This document shows positions 22,901-32,647 of a stretch of 64,000 nt of DNA, in pieces. The translations under genes and the position numbers were made by a program. The DNA is from a virus. Below the pieces are notes generated by a model that saw only the letters and a list, made by a program, of their open reading frames with translations, was not told the origin of the DNA and ran no database searches. Location of the stretch: the IMG/VR virus record IMGVR_UViG_3300027741_000040, positions 31,800 to 95,799 of that record; one strand, written 5' to 3'. The first letter of the stretch is position 1; every line of letters starts with the position of its first letter.

Positions 22901-23632
22901 CTAGTACCGAAACTAAATTCTGATAATTCAAAGTTTACTGACGATACCAAAGTTACAAAATATAAAATTATTGATGACTATAGCGATGCTGGTGGTTATG
23001 ATCCGGTGACCTATAAAGGAAGTATTATTAGTAAAACTCAAAAGTACAATAATAATGCATGGTCTGAAAAGGTTAAAATGAAGCAGTTTTATTTAAATTG
23101 GGCAGAAAGACAGGACTTATGGCCGGTCGGTCCTGTTGATATGAGATGGGATGAGACCAGAAGGCTATGGACTTGCAAAGAAGATCCTAAAATCTATAAG
23201 TTTGTTTATGTTACTTTGGAAGAAGATTTAGTAAAAGAACCAGACTATGATGAAACATATCCGACCAAAGCCTTCCTCGATGATATAGAGTATAGTCAAG
23301 AGCCATTGCCAAATGGATATAGAAGATTAGTATATGTTAAAGACAAAGCAGGATATACTGCTCCTAAAGGAACCAAATTATTATGTCGATATAATATTGA
23401 TAGTGGTTTTTATGAGCCTATGAGTAAGCCAATTTTGGTAGTAAAAGGAATAATAGCATCATCCAGTACTGCAACAATAGACATGCATTATATACAAGGA
23501 AGAAAATCAGGAACAATACCTACAGCTTTAGTAACTTTTGATAATCCCTTGTCATTTAGTACAGCGGTAAACGATACAGGAATTTTTACATATATCAATG
23601 GACTATGGACATTAACGGCTAAAAAACAATGA
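16982..23632 (+). CDS. Very large putative tail/baseplate protein
   Basis: About 2216 aa from ATG 16982 (2 nt after the upstream stop). N-terminal GWGSSPSQLTINL and FSFCGLVQSW suggest a hub-like beta fold; contains CPFC...CDKC. Function inferred from context. Confidence 0.6.
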   Translation: MPSKSCSENQQKIIGQTLFLGASVANFNNSIGWGSSPSQLTINLVDDSPVLGSDTAKACGGTMVKMYPDLVEGFDTNNHYYTTTGNALYEALQPDGSALQYDPNKHDVSERMVAGKIYHRLSNTSDLFYSKYWLYSDPGFFGEKTILTPAWANQAMGVNSSGNFNQYGTTGFVTDASKFVKYDIIDTPVYFKMGDFSFCGLVQSWQTSLSNSGKGYSVTINSMQSLLNSCYIILDKFAGSIFAKKTESTYGGSPKNYLGISNVNYTGTISEGNIPNVFNVYGFLESFGFDNFGVARRNERGVQVNKILDALSVLTSSINDITGFNNLNNTQGAVKPWNDFAHKHIFSPYGRIIAKHMQVDRSDDSGINPYDGINPNFDSFGVIPPTVSMFNSNDYKCQFTLDLSEIPKLPDSFRVSEPVMSIMSLLNLIGEQIGHDIFIEAGPVYYEEARKYFNVIKVKTISRLGQPRNNIIENTINKLACKKFSISNYTLGKEKNDSPNRSMIIGANQQRLYQAKSYRLGYTQSNFILNPSNGEIINYQHLGRISSSNNNIVVGTKYYHHGKIKFPNFLSTRNPKLITYYGVRPEGSGYVPTGILAEEQEIVGSFDGYDPSWDDTNETSPSLVTNASRPSGNYLETEIIKQTGIEQNATWNNETNQRWIPIYADVICPFFGYVYDEELTIKPSDNNDFRQIRPVWFDSWTGQSCVVVRISELPEVSVELSTGYYVTSSQRCATSGSTSNPTTPIIPTWSPATGKQTIFIGGGLTGVSPIPKTQCYTEFGDPTSYEIKYIIISESEIRAALAGFDNFLVYELAKYYKPDLIETLRLSYFSKIRDRLIALGHSETEANDGATQKTNWYWNITSSNIANDELKPGFMAPDKNQGSSYIPEDALKDLQILHKFVAEIGKYYGKKYMVTAPKLASYKDDEADLILPTVAGNAYVFQGDGNFYYNYEPTNDGAWEEYGNFIDDSIVVGGTHWYALSDNGGKIKPIIGYNASSYFDYLRFSMCQLSQSGLENIRRGGRFEPMWDWEGYLLLMEKYSITCNHKDFIFPSLDYSTLASDQYVLATGYERLGTVPAVQSINDVWTSLSPPTKIPAYNAFGYPITDQTGTKMPPSGSASVAYKQKLYLNTSVEDKFIYLNPEKLASPKFLIDSPGVYLNHSSSEYAQDPNRTVIANVTIEDLLVYMKTTPPSERDTDWMRYMLNYTMPINKFTETSSTDALGSYGSSNNQSSLRIEIAPKAAHPMFAGIPIKSNQFCYGPWINNPYSEYLNFPDTLFPSGHYFSCSGDPVTGDTTLVSGDFNIDLNHAKSGCNNWIGTTEVEVIEEMAPWIYGGASQLDNAAFRHIATKINYQSIIETAQVDMPGLPLFSLGGVFNEENAGVGSSGYYKATGIDYQYSDIKYKNDLVFNMSGFTRPSVIINPISNTGINTSKFKILNAISPYAVTKGPIITNIQTSVGQGGITTTYTFRTYSRKLGLFNKEQNDIIKKNTLARFKMNKQMSDIGRQSANNLIQQRDFMDKQRLEQSMNFNTEGFRSKLFGTSPSTVFIGRSMPFIEEPKRTPKILVDYTKYSNPGDLATKPGTVSGWSGVLGPDPASTERITATPETDTEAINKLSLQGRYKTSVGLYERKEADSELNKQFGLNSAMSLDGLLSPISFYPTLRNSTFAYSLYDISTCPFCNGTKKRSIEYKQYQKDGTRTTVKKDIFCDKCSTLNNKLNATLTAKKDSKSIEKVPPYIISSGTDMNTLLNMDSNSVPMASSIPPINLITLNPIVISYGEFKNSNSQNYCGAHPDGVHDDLTSQSDGFKTVQGSGRPFIDRLRHSIEIVGRGAIPPGSYDYALESSKNFTKFNKHPTGLDKNNLDYYNKDIMVKFYRDKLEPSTTGIIPEMNYRFFALRGPLTMHGWGYDTEGYPVPNAADEPYAVDEYGRPKRFKQKIINLGSIKYGRLLEGDPFKLIGGTDDNFYTKTFNKELVPKLNSDNSKFTDDTKVTKYKIIDDYSDAGGYDPVTYKGSIISKTQKYNNNAWSEKVKMKQFYLNWAERQDLWPVGPVDMRWDETRRLWTCKEDPKIYKFVYVTLEEDLVKEPDYDETYPTKAFLDDIEYSQEPLPNGYRRLVYVKDKAGYTAPKGTKLLCRYNIDSGFYEPMSKPILVVKGIIASSSTATIDMHYIQGRKSGTIPTALVTFDNPLSFSTAVNDTGIFTYINGLWTLTAKKQ

Positions 23633-26600
23633 ATCTGATAGATGAATGTATAATATATAATAAATCATTCAAGGATGACTTAAGAAATTATGTTGTTAAG
23701 GATACCGGTATAGAATATGATAATGGAGTATCTAAAAGATATACTATTAATTTAAATAAATTTCGACCTCTATTAGATGCTGCAGATAAGAATTATGGGA
23801 GTGGATGGTTTCCAGTATATGTGTCGGATGACACTGCTATAGATAATAAAATCCTATCTAGTAAAGGGTCATTATTAAATAGTAATAGCGGCTTGTTGAG
23901 TGGAAGAATAGGAATTGAAAATTTTATTACATTTGTTCCGGAATTCCAAAACTGGACCGTTACTCCAGAATGTAAAATGACAAGTGATTGGGTTTTGAAT
24001 AGATCTCCAGTACCGCACTATTTAAATAGCGGAATATTATGTTGGGCTCAACAACTTGCTCCAACAACATACAGTGGTAATATATCGAGTTTTCCACTAA
24101 GTAGCAGAGTAAGAGAGATGAATGATGATACGACTAAAATTCATTATAGAGATAGAAAATTATTTGATACGACAAAAGATGGCAGTCTATTCAATAGTCA
24201 GAGCTCAATATCTGTAACCGGAGATATAACTTTTAGTGAAATAACAGGAATAAGCATGGTCTCTGGTACAGGGTGGGCTGATTTTGATTCTGCTGTTAGA
24301 CCAGCAATAAGCATAATAGATGAGTTTAGAAGAACAAATGTACCGACAACAGGCAGTATCGATTTATTTACTGCATCTACAGCAGACAATTTAAGGCCTA
24401 ATGCTCCAAAATATATATTGTGGATTCCAAATGGAGATTATTTTTCATACTATACGGATAAGACCGAGGCACTATCTGGCAATATCACTAAGTCTTATAT
24501 TTCTCCGAGTTTATGGTCTACATATAATCAGATTTATCACATGCTGTCTATCAAACAAATCAAAACAACAAATGGTAAAAATATTAGAAAATCAAGACTA
24601 TTAAAAAAAATAGCTTCTGTTCTTAGTACTAGTCCATACATAACAGATGAGTGTATTAATGCTCTGGGCTCGCCTAAAGTACAGACTCTTATAAAAAAAT
24701 GTTTGGATGCTACGGCTATAGATAATAGTGGGAATACTGTTGCTGTAGATATTTCTGACAATACAATCAAAGATATAGTAAAATTATTACATAATAAATT
24801 TGGATTATTACAAAAAATTTATGGCTATAATAATCACAATACTTTAAAAAATAATATTATTACTAATAATAGATCACTTTTTATTAAATTGATAGATAAA
24901 TATGGTTGTAAACTTAAAATCGATCAAAATAATGAAATTTTATTAAACTATCAAAAAACATTAGACCATGGAGATAGCATAAATATAATTCAAAGTCTAT
25001 ATACTCTATGTCCTAAAGAAACACAAGATACTGACGTCATTAACAATCAAACAATTAAGCTAAATCAAGTTAAGGCAAAAACAGATCTAACATCTCTCAG
25101 CACATCGATTAAGCTGACTGCTACCGACAGCTCATTAAGAAATAAAACTACCTCTATCCCATTATATGATATCGCAGAGGTTAATCCTGGAAAAATTACT
25201 CTGAATGTATTAATGCATAGCACAACAGATGGCCAAGGCAACGACACTTCAGATAATCCAAATAATCACATATTTAAACTGACCAAAGGAGATTCAGGGA
25301 ATGAGATAGAAATACCATTCAGATGCTTGCAAAAGGTAGAAAATCCTGATGCATTAAAAAGTATTGTGTTATTTCAAAAAACAGTATCTTGTTTATGGCA
25401 AAAAATAAAAGGGGCATGTTTAAAATTTAGTGATGAAAATAAAAGCTCTAGTGCTGTTGGTTCTAGTCAATCTGATACTGATCGTACTAGATTTGATACC
25501 TCTACTTTCATAGAGCCAATAGTGTTTGTATATAAGACTGGTGAATATCAAATACAGTGTTCTTTTATTACTCCATATGGAACATTTATTAAAAGAAAAA
25601 CATTTTTTGTTGTTGATGGTAGGGAAACAATATTTGATAGTATAGCAAACAAGCAAGTGGCCAATCCGGGCTATAATAAATATTATGATGATGCTACCAA
25701 CACTTGGCAAGATCCTCCTCCTGTGAGTCCTTTAGAAATTGAACCAATTATTGTTAATTCAGATAAATTAAAAAATAAAATAGCTAGTTTTAAAAATGTA
25801 ATACTACATAAGCATGGAATTTTTTGGCCAATACAAACTGATCATAATATAGAAAGAGTTTTCAATGGTTCCACTGTTAAAGAAGGACTAAAAGAAAAAT
25901 ATAAATTCATATTTGAACCATATTCACCAGCTAATTTTCTTCCAGTAGACTCAGGGTCTTCGCTAATAATTCAATATAACAGCCAGGACACTATTCTAAA
26001 ATTAGATAGTATAATTCTACAGAATATTCGAGATAATACTAAAGAATGCAAAACTTGCTTGAGTGTATGTCAACCAAAATTTGATGCAATTCCATCCGTA
26101 TCTTATAGCGTAACATCTGACGGATCACAATCAATACAAACTCCAATAGAAGCGTACGTTAGAACGAATAAAGCACCAGATAGTTTTGTATTAAAAGAAT
26201 ATAGAAAGATATCAGGCGACCTCCCCGCCACATCTAGTGGGGTTATAAAATTTTCTTTTCCAGAAATTTCTTTAGATTTTGCTCCTCCATTAAAAGCTTA
26301 TGGAGGATATGGTGGCGAACTTTTTTCTGGTATAGGTCTGTCTATGAGCGGTCATCCTGTGAGAGGAGCTGTTCTTCCGTCTGTGACAGGCTATCCTTTG
26401 AACTATCCTTCCGACCGTGATCGTGCAAACACCAATAAAGCTTGCTATCAAATACCAATAAGTGCCACAGGATATATTCCTTTTAGGAAAGGACTTTTCC
26501 ACCCAGCCTCTGGATTTATAATGGATACAGGTACTATCATACCAAGTGGATTTAAAAATAAGACCAGCGTATTAAAGTTTAATCCTGGAGCAAGAGATAC

Positions 26601-29600
26601 TTATAGTTTTATAGGTCCTGGAATATTTAATTTCAATAATGGTCTTTCTGGTAGTGGTACTGGTTTATCTGTTAGTCCGATAACATACCAGAGTTCCATA
26701 TCATTATCAATATCTAAAAATATTCTTCCAGAAACAGCTTGTGCAGAGCCTGGTAGGAGTGAACAAGAAACAGACACGTTAAATAAACTCCATAAAGAAT
26801 TCATGGATCAACAAATATATGGAAGTACAGTTCAACTAACTGGAACAAAAGCCAAATATAAAGGGTCTTTTCACGGATACCGTATACTTGAAGGAGGACA
26901 AGAAAAAAAATCAGAGCTGTCTGTATATTCTCAAGCAACCCCAGTAAATGATGAATTTGGTTTCAGTATCGATAAATCTTCCTGCTCAATAATTAGTCCA
27001 GATAAAGATAAATCTACTTTTAATTATAGATTTGCTACTAATGGCCCTAATTATAAGATTGATAATAGTGGGCTTGATCTTAAAATTAAAGATTTAACTA
27101 TACAAGATATAGAGATAAAACTTAATTTTTTAAATTATGTCAATCCAAAAAACTTAGTAGTCTGGTTGGATTTTTCTCCTTGTTCAGATGATATGCAAGG
27201 GATGAGTAATCCGATAGACCTAGACAATCCCGACAGGGATCCAGGACCAGCTTGTCCATTAAAAACGCCCAAAGAATTTATGGATCAAACATTTCCCGCT
27301 TCAACATATAGCGACTATTGTTCTCCTCCATCTGTTTCTGGAACAGGTCTTCAAAAATATATCACTAATCTTCATAGTTTTAATTCTGTAGACCCTCGTT
27401 ATGAACCATTAAAATTATTATTATTTAATCAAGAATACATTCAAAATAATAAATATAATATGTCTTTGACGTTCTCTGATCATGCTTCTAAATATAGTGT
27501 ATTATTTGACGAAAACAAAATTAATGCAAGTGGGTTGGATACTCGTCAAGAGATAGTTAGAGATAACCATATTATACCACCGTCAATCAGCGCAACCGGA
27601 TTCGATGATACTGAAGCAGTAATGTATAAAAATATTATACGTACTAACAAATTAAATATTAGTAATAATAGTTTTTCTAAATTTAGGGGTTTTTCTTTAT
27701 TCAAAAAAGCGCTACCCAGACTAGACCCTACTGTAAAAAACCAAACACCGTCATATGATTCTGGTGTTACATTTACATTAAATCTTATGGTATTAGATGA
27801 GCCCGAAGAGATGATGGTTTATGATAATGTTATCAACAATGAATTCATAACAAATTTTACATCATTATCTAATACTAAAACATCTTCTAATATTTATAAC
27901 TCATTATGCAGTTGGGAGTTAATTCTACATACGGGGAAAAAAAACCAGTTCAAAGCCCCAATGACCAATGACCTATTTAGTTTTGGTACTTCTGATATTC
28001 TAGGGTTGTTAGACTATACAAATAAGCCCAGAATACCAGGCTATAATTTTATCTCTTACTTTCCATCAGGAGAGATAGAGAGCAATCCGTACATTAGTTA
28101 TTTTGATACATATCCTAGTGGCACATCTCTAATTCCTAGGGTTAATCAAAATGCTCCGTATGTTTATATCAATGATAGCACACTATGTCAGTCTGCCGAA
28201 AGTATCATCAGTGGAGCATCGGCTAGATTACAGCCCACAAGATTTCCAGTAGAGAGTGTTTTGATGATATTGGCAGGTATTTTGGGTGGTACGATGACGG
28301 CAAACTTAGTAGGCTTAATGGTTGCTTTAACTGCTGGATTTAATGCTGGCTATCAAGGATTATTTGATTTTTTTGCTGCTTTACGAGATGTTCAAGAAAG
28401 AGAAGGAAGATTAAGAGAGGTATATGCTCCAGATTATGATCATTTTTCTTTTGGTTCTCCAGAAAAAGTATTGTTGAATGTGAGCAAAGACGGGGGTATG
28501 TGGTATAAACTTGAAGCATCAATTTTTAAATACAAAAATACTCCGGCTTTATATGGGAATAGCTATAAGTTTATTAGATTAAAAAGAGGGAATATTCCTT
28601 TTTTTAGTGAATTTAATTTCAATACTGTTTATGGGATTAATCAGTTGGTCGATGATAGTATGCTCTCGACTCCTTATCCTATTACTCCGACTCCCAGCAA
28701 AACCTCCAGTAATACTCCTGAGCCAAGCGGACCACCACCGTCTCCTACGCCAAGTTCAAGTCCCCTTAGTCATGCACAAATTGTTGAACGTCTTTTGTCT
28801 TATCAAACCAAAATATCACAACTTAATGCCACGCTTGGACATAAAACCTGTTTATTTACAGATGATCTTGCTACCAAAATTAGTAATAAAAAAATTATAA
28901 TCATAAAAGGATCTTTAGCATATAATCTATTTCATATAGACGACACTATTCCATACTATAATACCACACAGAGAGATTCAACAACAGAGCCTTCTACTAC
29001 TAAGATAATAAATAAAGCATTAATTTTTAAAAACAATCAACAATATTCAGTATTTGAATTAAAAGACGATATTTCGTTATATGAAGTAATAGCATGTAAT
29101 GGGGACACTCTTTTGGTATTTAAGAATCATATTAGTAATTTAAGCGAAGATCCATTTGGAGTTTGGGGGTTAGAAAAATCTCCAATAGTTAGTGAGCCAC
29201 CAGAGATTAAACATTCTGCTATGGGACTAGGCTCTTACGGAGACGGTTCACCATTTGCGCAAAAGTCTTTCTTAAGCTATAAACTCCAATATAATAAGCT
29301 TTATACGATACATGAAATTTTTAATAATCGTGAAAATGATAAGATTAAACAAATGCTTGTTAATTTAAAATTATCCGATAATACTGTTAGAACGGTAGGA
29401 AATGATAATGGCATCTATGGTTACGGATATACTAATAGAGAAATAAAAGAAATTTTTGAAGATAAATACAATAATATTATTAATAAGGGATCAGATTTAG
29501 ACACCCAAGATAGCATCAACTATCTACTATATCAACTGACTAATAGTACCAGTAATATAAATGTTAATGGATATACATTTATGTTTCTAAAATCTGAGGC

Positions 29601-31215
29601 TTTTACAGACGAGGTTTTCCAAAAATCTGTGACAGAACCCGGTTCTAATGGACAAGGTCAAACAACAACCATAGACCATAAATTTGGTGATATAATTGTA
29701 CCGGAAGATTTAGTAAGAAGACCATTAATTAAGAAAATATCTGAAAGCAAGTCAACACTTATTAAAGACAGAATAGATAAAATTGAATCAAAAGAATATG
29801 TTCAATCGATAGAAGAAAATCTTGGAAATTCAGACCAAACACAAACAGATGCAATAATTGACCATGCATCATTATACTATCTAGAAAAACATTTACATGC
29901 TCTCCCATATGATCCTATAGATTGCTATAAAAAGAAGACTGTGACCGCCAGTGGGACATATACCCCAACTGAACCAGAATCTAATTGTCCAAAAAAGAAA
30001 ACAAATAAAGCTCTCAACGATCTTTATACCGAAAGAAGCACACTATTACAGGTATTAGAAATTAATAATTTGTCAATGAGCGGAATAGTGCCACTTCAAC
30101 AATTTAGTGTTAGTGGAGAACCAAATGGGGGGCCAATTTTTATTAAATTGAGTGGAATTAATGATAATTTATTTTGGATTAATATCGATCCGAAACAGTC
30201 TTGTAGTATAGCTGAAGAAATGTGTCCTAAAGTATTAAAATCATTAATATATAATTGTCTGCCATTAACTGAAACTACTTTATTTAATAATCCTAATAAC
30301 AATATTTGTCCAGGTTTCTTGCTGCGTAATCTAGAAGGAGGAGGCGTGGTTAATCTCGATTATGATAGAGACAATGTATTTAATAATCGATTTACGTCAT
30401 ATCATTACACTATCCCATCAGGTACCATACAGGCCCAAAAACAAGCACTAGAAGAACAATATCCAAGTATAAATGCCTGGGCTGAATTTACTAGATATAG
30501 AACATTTAATATTAATAGTGATCAAAATTTTGATAAAGTATGGAATGGTCCACGAGATCTACTGGTCAAAGTTCAGGAGATCTATGATATCGGTTTGCCA
30601 GAACATATGACATCGATACAAGGATTTACTCCTTCCGTTAACGACGGATCTGCGGATTATGTAGAAGCCACTGGACTTGAACTGTGTCCTCCACTAGGCC
30701 CCGGAGCTATTCGCGGAAGCGGACTACTCACTGCTCAAGGCAAGAGAGTTCCTTTGACCAGAGTTTATAATATATTCAATTTAGATGATACAACATCGTT
30801 AAAGGTACAATTTCGTAAAATCCCAAGACAATTAAGAGGTGTAGACTTATCTAACACTGTATACCGATATGGTAGGGCCGGCGTATTTAGACAAACCAAT
30901 CCTGCAAACCCCCCCGGACCAACAGAAACAGATATAGTAAGCGGAGAAGGAAGTTTAAATAATCAGTTTTATGTTTGGCAATGTATAGAAAAGAATGCAG
31001 CAACCAAAAAAGCAGATATTTCGACATTACCTAATTTTTTTAAGTTACAGAATGAAATGGCATATAGGGCATTTTATGGTAGTGTAGACGGAATAGAGAA
31101 TAAATCCAGAATGCTTGAAAGTCTGTATTCTTGGGAATTAATACCATACGAATATTTTACCAAGGAGTCTTTTCAAAAACCTCCTCCCACACCAACTCCC
31201 AGTCCTAGGCCATAA
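23629..31215 (+). CDS. Very large putative virion protein with P-domain-like region and an internal hydrophobic segment
   Basis: 2528 aa, overlaps the upstream stop. IQDIEIKLNF...NLVVWL...FSD...SFSKFRG...FTLNL...SWELIL pattern; Pro/Thr/Ser linkers. Confidence 0.6.
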   Translation: MNLIDECIIYNKSFKDDLRNYVVKDTGIEYDNGVSKRYTINLNKFRPLLDAADKNYGSGWFPVYVSDDTAIDNKILSSKGSLLNSNSGLLSGRIGIENFITFVPEFQNWTVTPECKMTSDWVLNRSPVPHYLNSGILCWAQQLAPTTYSGNISSFPLSSRVREMNDDTTKIHYRDRKLFDTTKDGSLFNSQSSISVTGDITFSEITGISMVSGTGWADFDSAVRPAISIIDEFRRTNVPTTGSIDLFTASTADNLRPNAPKYILWIPNGDYFSYYTDKTEALSGNITKSYISPSLWSTYNQIYHMLSIKQIKTTNGKNIRKSRLLKKIASVLSTSPYITDECINALGSPKVQTLIKKCLDATAIDNSGNTVAVDISDNTIKDIVKLLHNKFGLLQKIYGYNNHNTLKNNIITNNRSLFIKLIDKYGCKLKIDQNNEILLNYQKTLDHGDSINIIQSLYTLCPKETQDTDVINNQTIKLNQVKAKTDLTSLSTSIKLTATDSSLRNKTTSIPLYDIAEVNPGKITLNVLMHSTTDGQGNDTSDNPNNHIFKLTKGDSGNEIEIPFRCLQKVENPDALKSIVLFQKTVSCLWQKIKGACLKFSDENKSSSAVGSSQSDTDRTRFDTSTFIEPIVFVYKTGEYQIQCSFITPYGTFIKRKTFFVVDGRETIFDSIANKQVANPGYNKYYDDATNTWQDPPPVSPLEIEPIIVNSDKLKNKIASFKNVILHKHGIFWPIQTDHNIERVFNGSTVKEGLKEKYKFIFEPYSPANFLPVDSGSSLIIQYNSQDTILKLDSIILQNIRDNTKECKTCLSVCQPKFDAIPSVSYSVTSDGSQSIQTPIEAYVRTNKAPDSFVLKEYRKISGDLPATSSGVIKFSFPEISLDFAPPLKAYGGYGGELFSGIGLSMSGHPVRGAVLPSVTGYPLNYPSDRDRANTNKACYQIPISATGYIPFRKGLFHPASGFIMDTGTIIPSGFKNKTSVLKFNPGARDTYSFIGPGIFNFNNGLSGSGTGLSVSPITYQSSISLSISKNILPETACAEPGRSEQETDTLNKLHKEFMDQQIYGSTVQLTGTKAKYKGSFHGYRILEGGQEKKSELSVYSQATPVNDEFGFSIDKSSCSIISPDKDKSTFNYRFATNGPNYKIDNSGLDLKIKDLTIQDIEIKLNFLNYVNPKNLVVWLDFSPCSDDMQGMSNPIDLDNPDRDPGPACPLKTPKEFMDQTFPASTYSDYCSPPSVSGTGLQKYITNLHSFNSVDPRYEPLKLLLFNQEYIQNNKYNMSLTFSDHASKYSVLFDENKINASGLDTRQEIVRDNHIIPPSISATGFDDTEAVMYKNIIRTNKLNISNNSFSKFRGFSLFKKALPRLDPTVKNQTPSYDSGVTFTLNLMVLDEPEEMMVYDNVINNEFITNFTSLSNTKTSSNIYNSLCSWELILHTGKKNQFKAPMTNDLFSFGTSDILGLLDYTNKPRIPGYNFISYFPSGEIESNPYISYFDTYPSGTSLIPRVNQNAPYVYINDSTLCQSAESIISGASARLQPTRFPVESVLMILAGILGGTMTANLVGLMVALTAGFNAGYQGLFDFFAALRDVQEREGRLREVYAPDYDHFSFGSPEKVLLNVSKDGGMWYKLEASIFKYKNTPALYGNSYKFIRLKRGNIPFFSEFNFNTVYGINQLVDDSMLSTPYPITPTPSKTSSNTPEPSGPPPSPTPSSSPLSHAQIVERLLSYQTKISQLNATLGHKTCLFTDDLATKISNKKIIIIKGSLAYNLFHIDDTIPYYNTTQRDSTTEPSTTKIINKALIFKNNQQYSVFELKDDISLYEVIACNGDTLLVFKNHISNLSEDPFGVWGLEKSPIVSEPPEIKHSAMGLGSYGDGSPFAQKSFLSYKLQYNKLYTIHEIFNNRENDKIKQMLVNLKLSDNTVRTVGNDNGIYGYGYTNREIKEIFEDKYNNIINKGSDLDTQDSINYLLYQLTNSTSNINVNGYTFMFLKSEAFTDEVFQKSVTEPGSNGQGQTTTIDHKFGDIIVPEDLVRRPLIKKISESKSTLIKDRIDKIESKEYVQSIEENLGNSDQTQTDAIIDHASLYYLEKHLHALPYDPIDCYKKKTVTASGTYTPTEPESNCPKKKTNKALNDLYTERSTLLQVLEINNLSMSGIVPLQQFSVSGEPNGGPIFIKLSGINDNLFWINIDPKQSCSIAEEMCPKVLKSLIYNCLPLTETTLFNNPNNNICPGFLLRNLEGGGVVNLDYDRDNVFNNRFTSYHYTIPSGTIQAQKQALEEQYPSINAWAEFTRYRTFNINSDQNFDKVWNGPRDLLVKVQEIYDIGLPEHMTSIQGFTPSVNDGSADYVEATGLELCPPLGPGAIRGSGLLTAQGKRVPLTRVYNIFNLDDTTSLKVQFRKIPRQLRGVDLSNTVYRYGRAGVFRQTNPANPPGPTETDIVSGEGSLNNQFYVWQCIEKNAATKKADISTLPNFFKLQNEMAYRAFYGSVDGIENKSRMLESLYSWELIPYEYFTKESFQKPPPTPTPSPRP

Positions 31216-31218
31216 TAT

Positions 31219-31572
31219 ATGTTTTGTAATTTTATAGCTATAGATATAGGTATTTTTAAATGCACTAATTGTGATACTATTATTAGTACTAACGATGGTA
31301 TCGAAGATATTCCAGTGTTCCCTTGTAGAGCATCTTTGGTAAGACAAGATGATAACGTATTTCTTGAATCAATAAAAACTCTTAGTTTTGAATCAGAAAA
31401 ACAAAAATGCAGCGACCTAGAAATTCTAAATCGCCACAATATTTGTATGATATGTCCAGAATTTAAAGACGACGCTTGTTCTCAGTGCGGATGCAGGATC
31501 ACTAGAAACAAAGAGTTTGCTAATAAATTATTATGGAAAGATGAAAAATGTCCACTAGACAAATGGACTTAG
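31219..31572 (+). CDS. Small Cys-rich protein (DUF6171-like)
   Basis: R..IC..CP.F....C..CGC...K......CP..KW pattern. Confidence 0.6.
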   Translation: MFCNFIAIDIGIFKCTNCDTIISTNDGIEDIPVFPCRASLVRQDDNVFLESIKTLSFESEKQKCSDLEILNRHNICMICPEFKDDACSQCGCRITRNKEFANKLLWKDEKCPLDKWT

Positions 31573-31905
31573 TCATTTATCTTTAGAGTCTTTACCCGAC
31601 CACTTATACCATCCTCTATTTGGAAGATATGTTCCATCATCATCTTTTCTCTTTGGAAAGAGAGTCCCTCCCTTTTTGTGTTGTCCAAAAGAAAGTACGG
31701 CTCCACAATCATTACATTTTAATTCATAATAATCGTTGCCTTCCACATTTCTGCAAACATACTTTATGCTGGTCTTATTGCACAAACCACATTTGTCCTC
31801 ACTAAAGATTTCTTGAATTGTAGCGAGTTCTTTAAAGACTTCTTTTTGTCCTGTTCCTTCTAATTCAAACTGTAATTTATCATTAGCTCTGTATAGAATT
31901 TTCAT
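31573..31905 (-). CDS. Zinc-ribbon hypothetical protein
   Basis: CGLC...CNDC; ATG 31905 lies 2 nt after the upstream stop and is preferred over 31917. Confidence 0.65.
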   Translation of the reverse strand: MKILYRANDKLQFELEGTGQKEVFKELATIQEIFSEDKCGLCNKTSIKYVCRNVEGNDYYELKCNDCGAVLSFGQHKKGGTLFPKRKDDDGTYLPNRGWYKWSGKDSKDK

Positions 31906-31907
31906 AA

Positions 31908-32645
31908 TTATTTCCATTCGTTAGTATAGCCTAATAAATCTTCGGATATGCCACTCATATCCTGTTGATATTTAGACAGCTGCCTAATTATTCCAATGGC
32001 ATCTTCATGATTTAGGCCGTAAACATTATTTTTATCCAAATTGCCTATCTCCAAGAGTTTGCTTACATTAATATTAAGTCTTTTACTCATAACGTCAATG
32101 AAATTAATCTGATTATTGCTAATTTTAGATACGGTATTCTGATCTGGATGATCATCCACTTCAGCCGCAATTTCTTCAGCAGCAACAACTTTTCTAAGCT
32201 TAAGAGCTCTTCTTAAAGCTCTCCCTTCAGCTCTGGTTTCTGCCACGGCTACCGGATAGTTACGATATACCTTGTCGCAGTTACCCCAAAAAACGTCCGC
32301 AGCGCCATTTATGGTCACTGTATTTAATTCTGGCTGGTCCCGAGCACCATCGTTTAAAAAATAGGTTATGGAGTGAACCACGGTGGCTCTTTTTTCATTA
32401 TTTGGTTCCGGAGTTTGTACAACATTGCTCACAGACGCTAAAACTCTACAATTTAAAGCTTTTTCAAAAATTCTCCTTAATCCGTCTGTAGTAGGATTAC
32501 CGCTTATTTTTTCGTCTTCGCTCAATAGTCCCAAAACATGATCCGTCCAATCTAGATCATTAGGTGTTACAGCCTTTTGCTGTTCTGTTGTTTCCAAAAT
32601 CTTTTCTTCGATCATCTCTTTGGTATCCTTTTTGTTCTTGACCAT
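31908..32645 (-). CDS. Putative Rad52/Sak-like single-strand annealing protein
   Basis: G.AD...AVAETRAEGRALRRAL resembles the conserved helix of Rad52-like phage proteins; followed by a short ISNNQINFI helical domain. Confidence 0.5.
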   Translation of the reverse strand: MVKNKKDTKEMIEEKILETTEQQKAVTPNDLDWTDHVLGLLSEDEKISGNPTTDGLRRIFEKALNCRVLASVSNVVQTPEPNNEKRATVVHSITYFLNDGARDQPELNTVTINGAADVFWGNCDKVYRNYPVAVAETRAEGRALRRALKLRKVVAAEEIAAEVDDHPDQNTVSKISNNQINFIDVMSKRLNINVSKLLEIGNLDKNNVYGLNHEDAIGIIRQLSKYQQDMSGISEDLLGYTNEWK

Positions 32646-32647
32646 AA

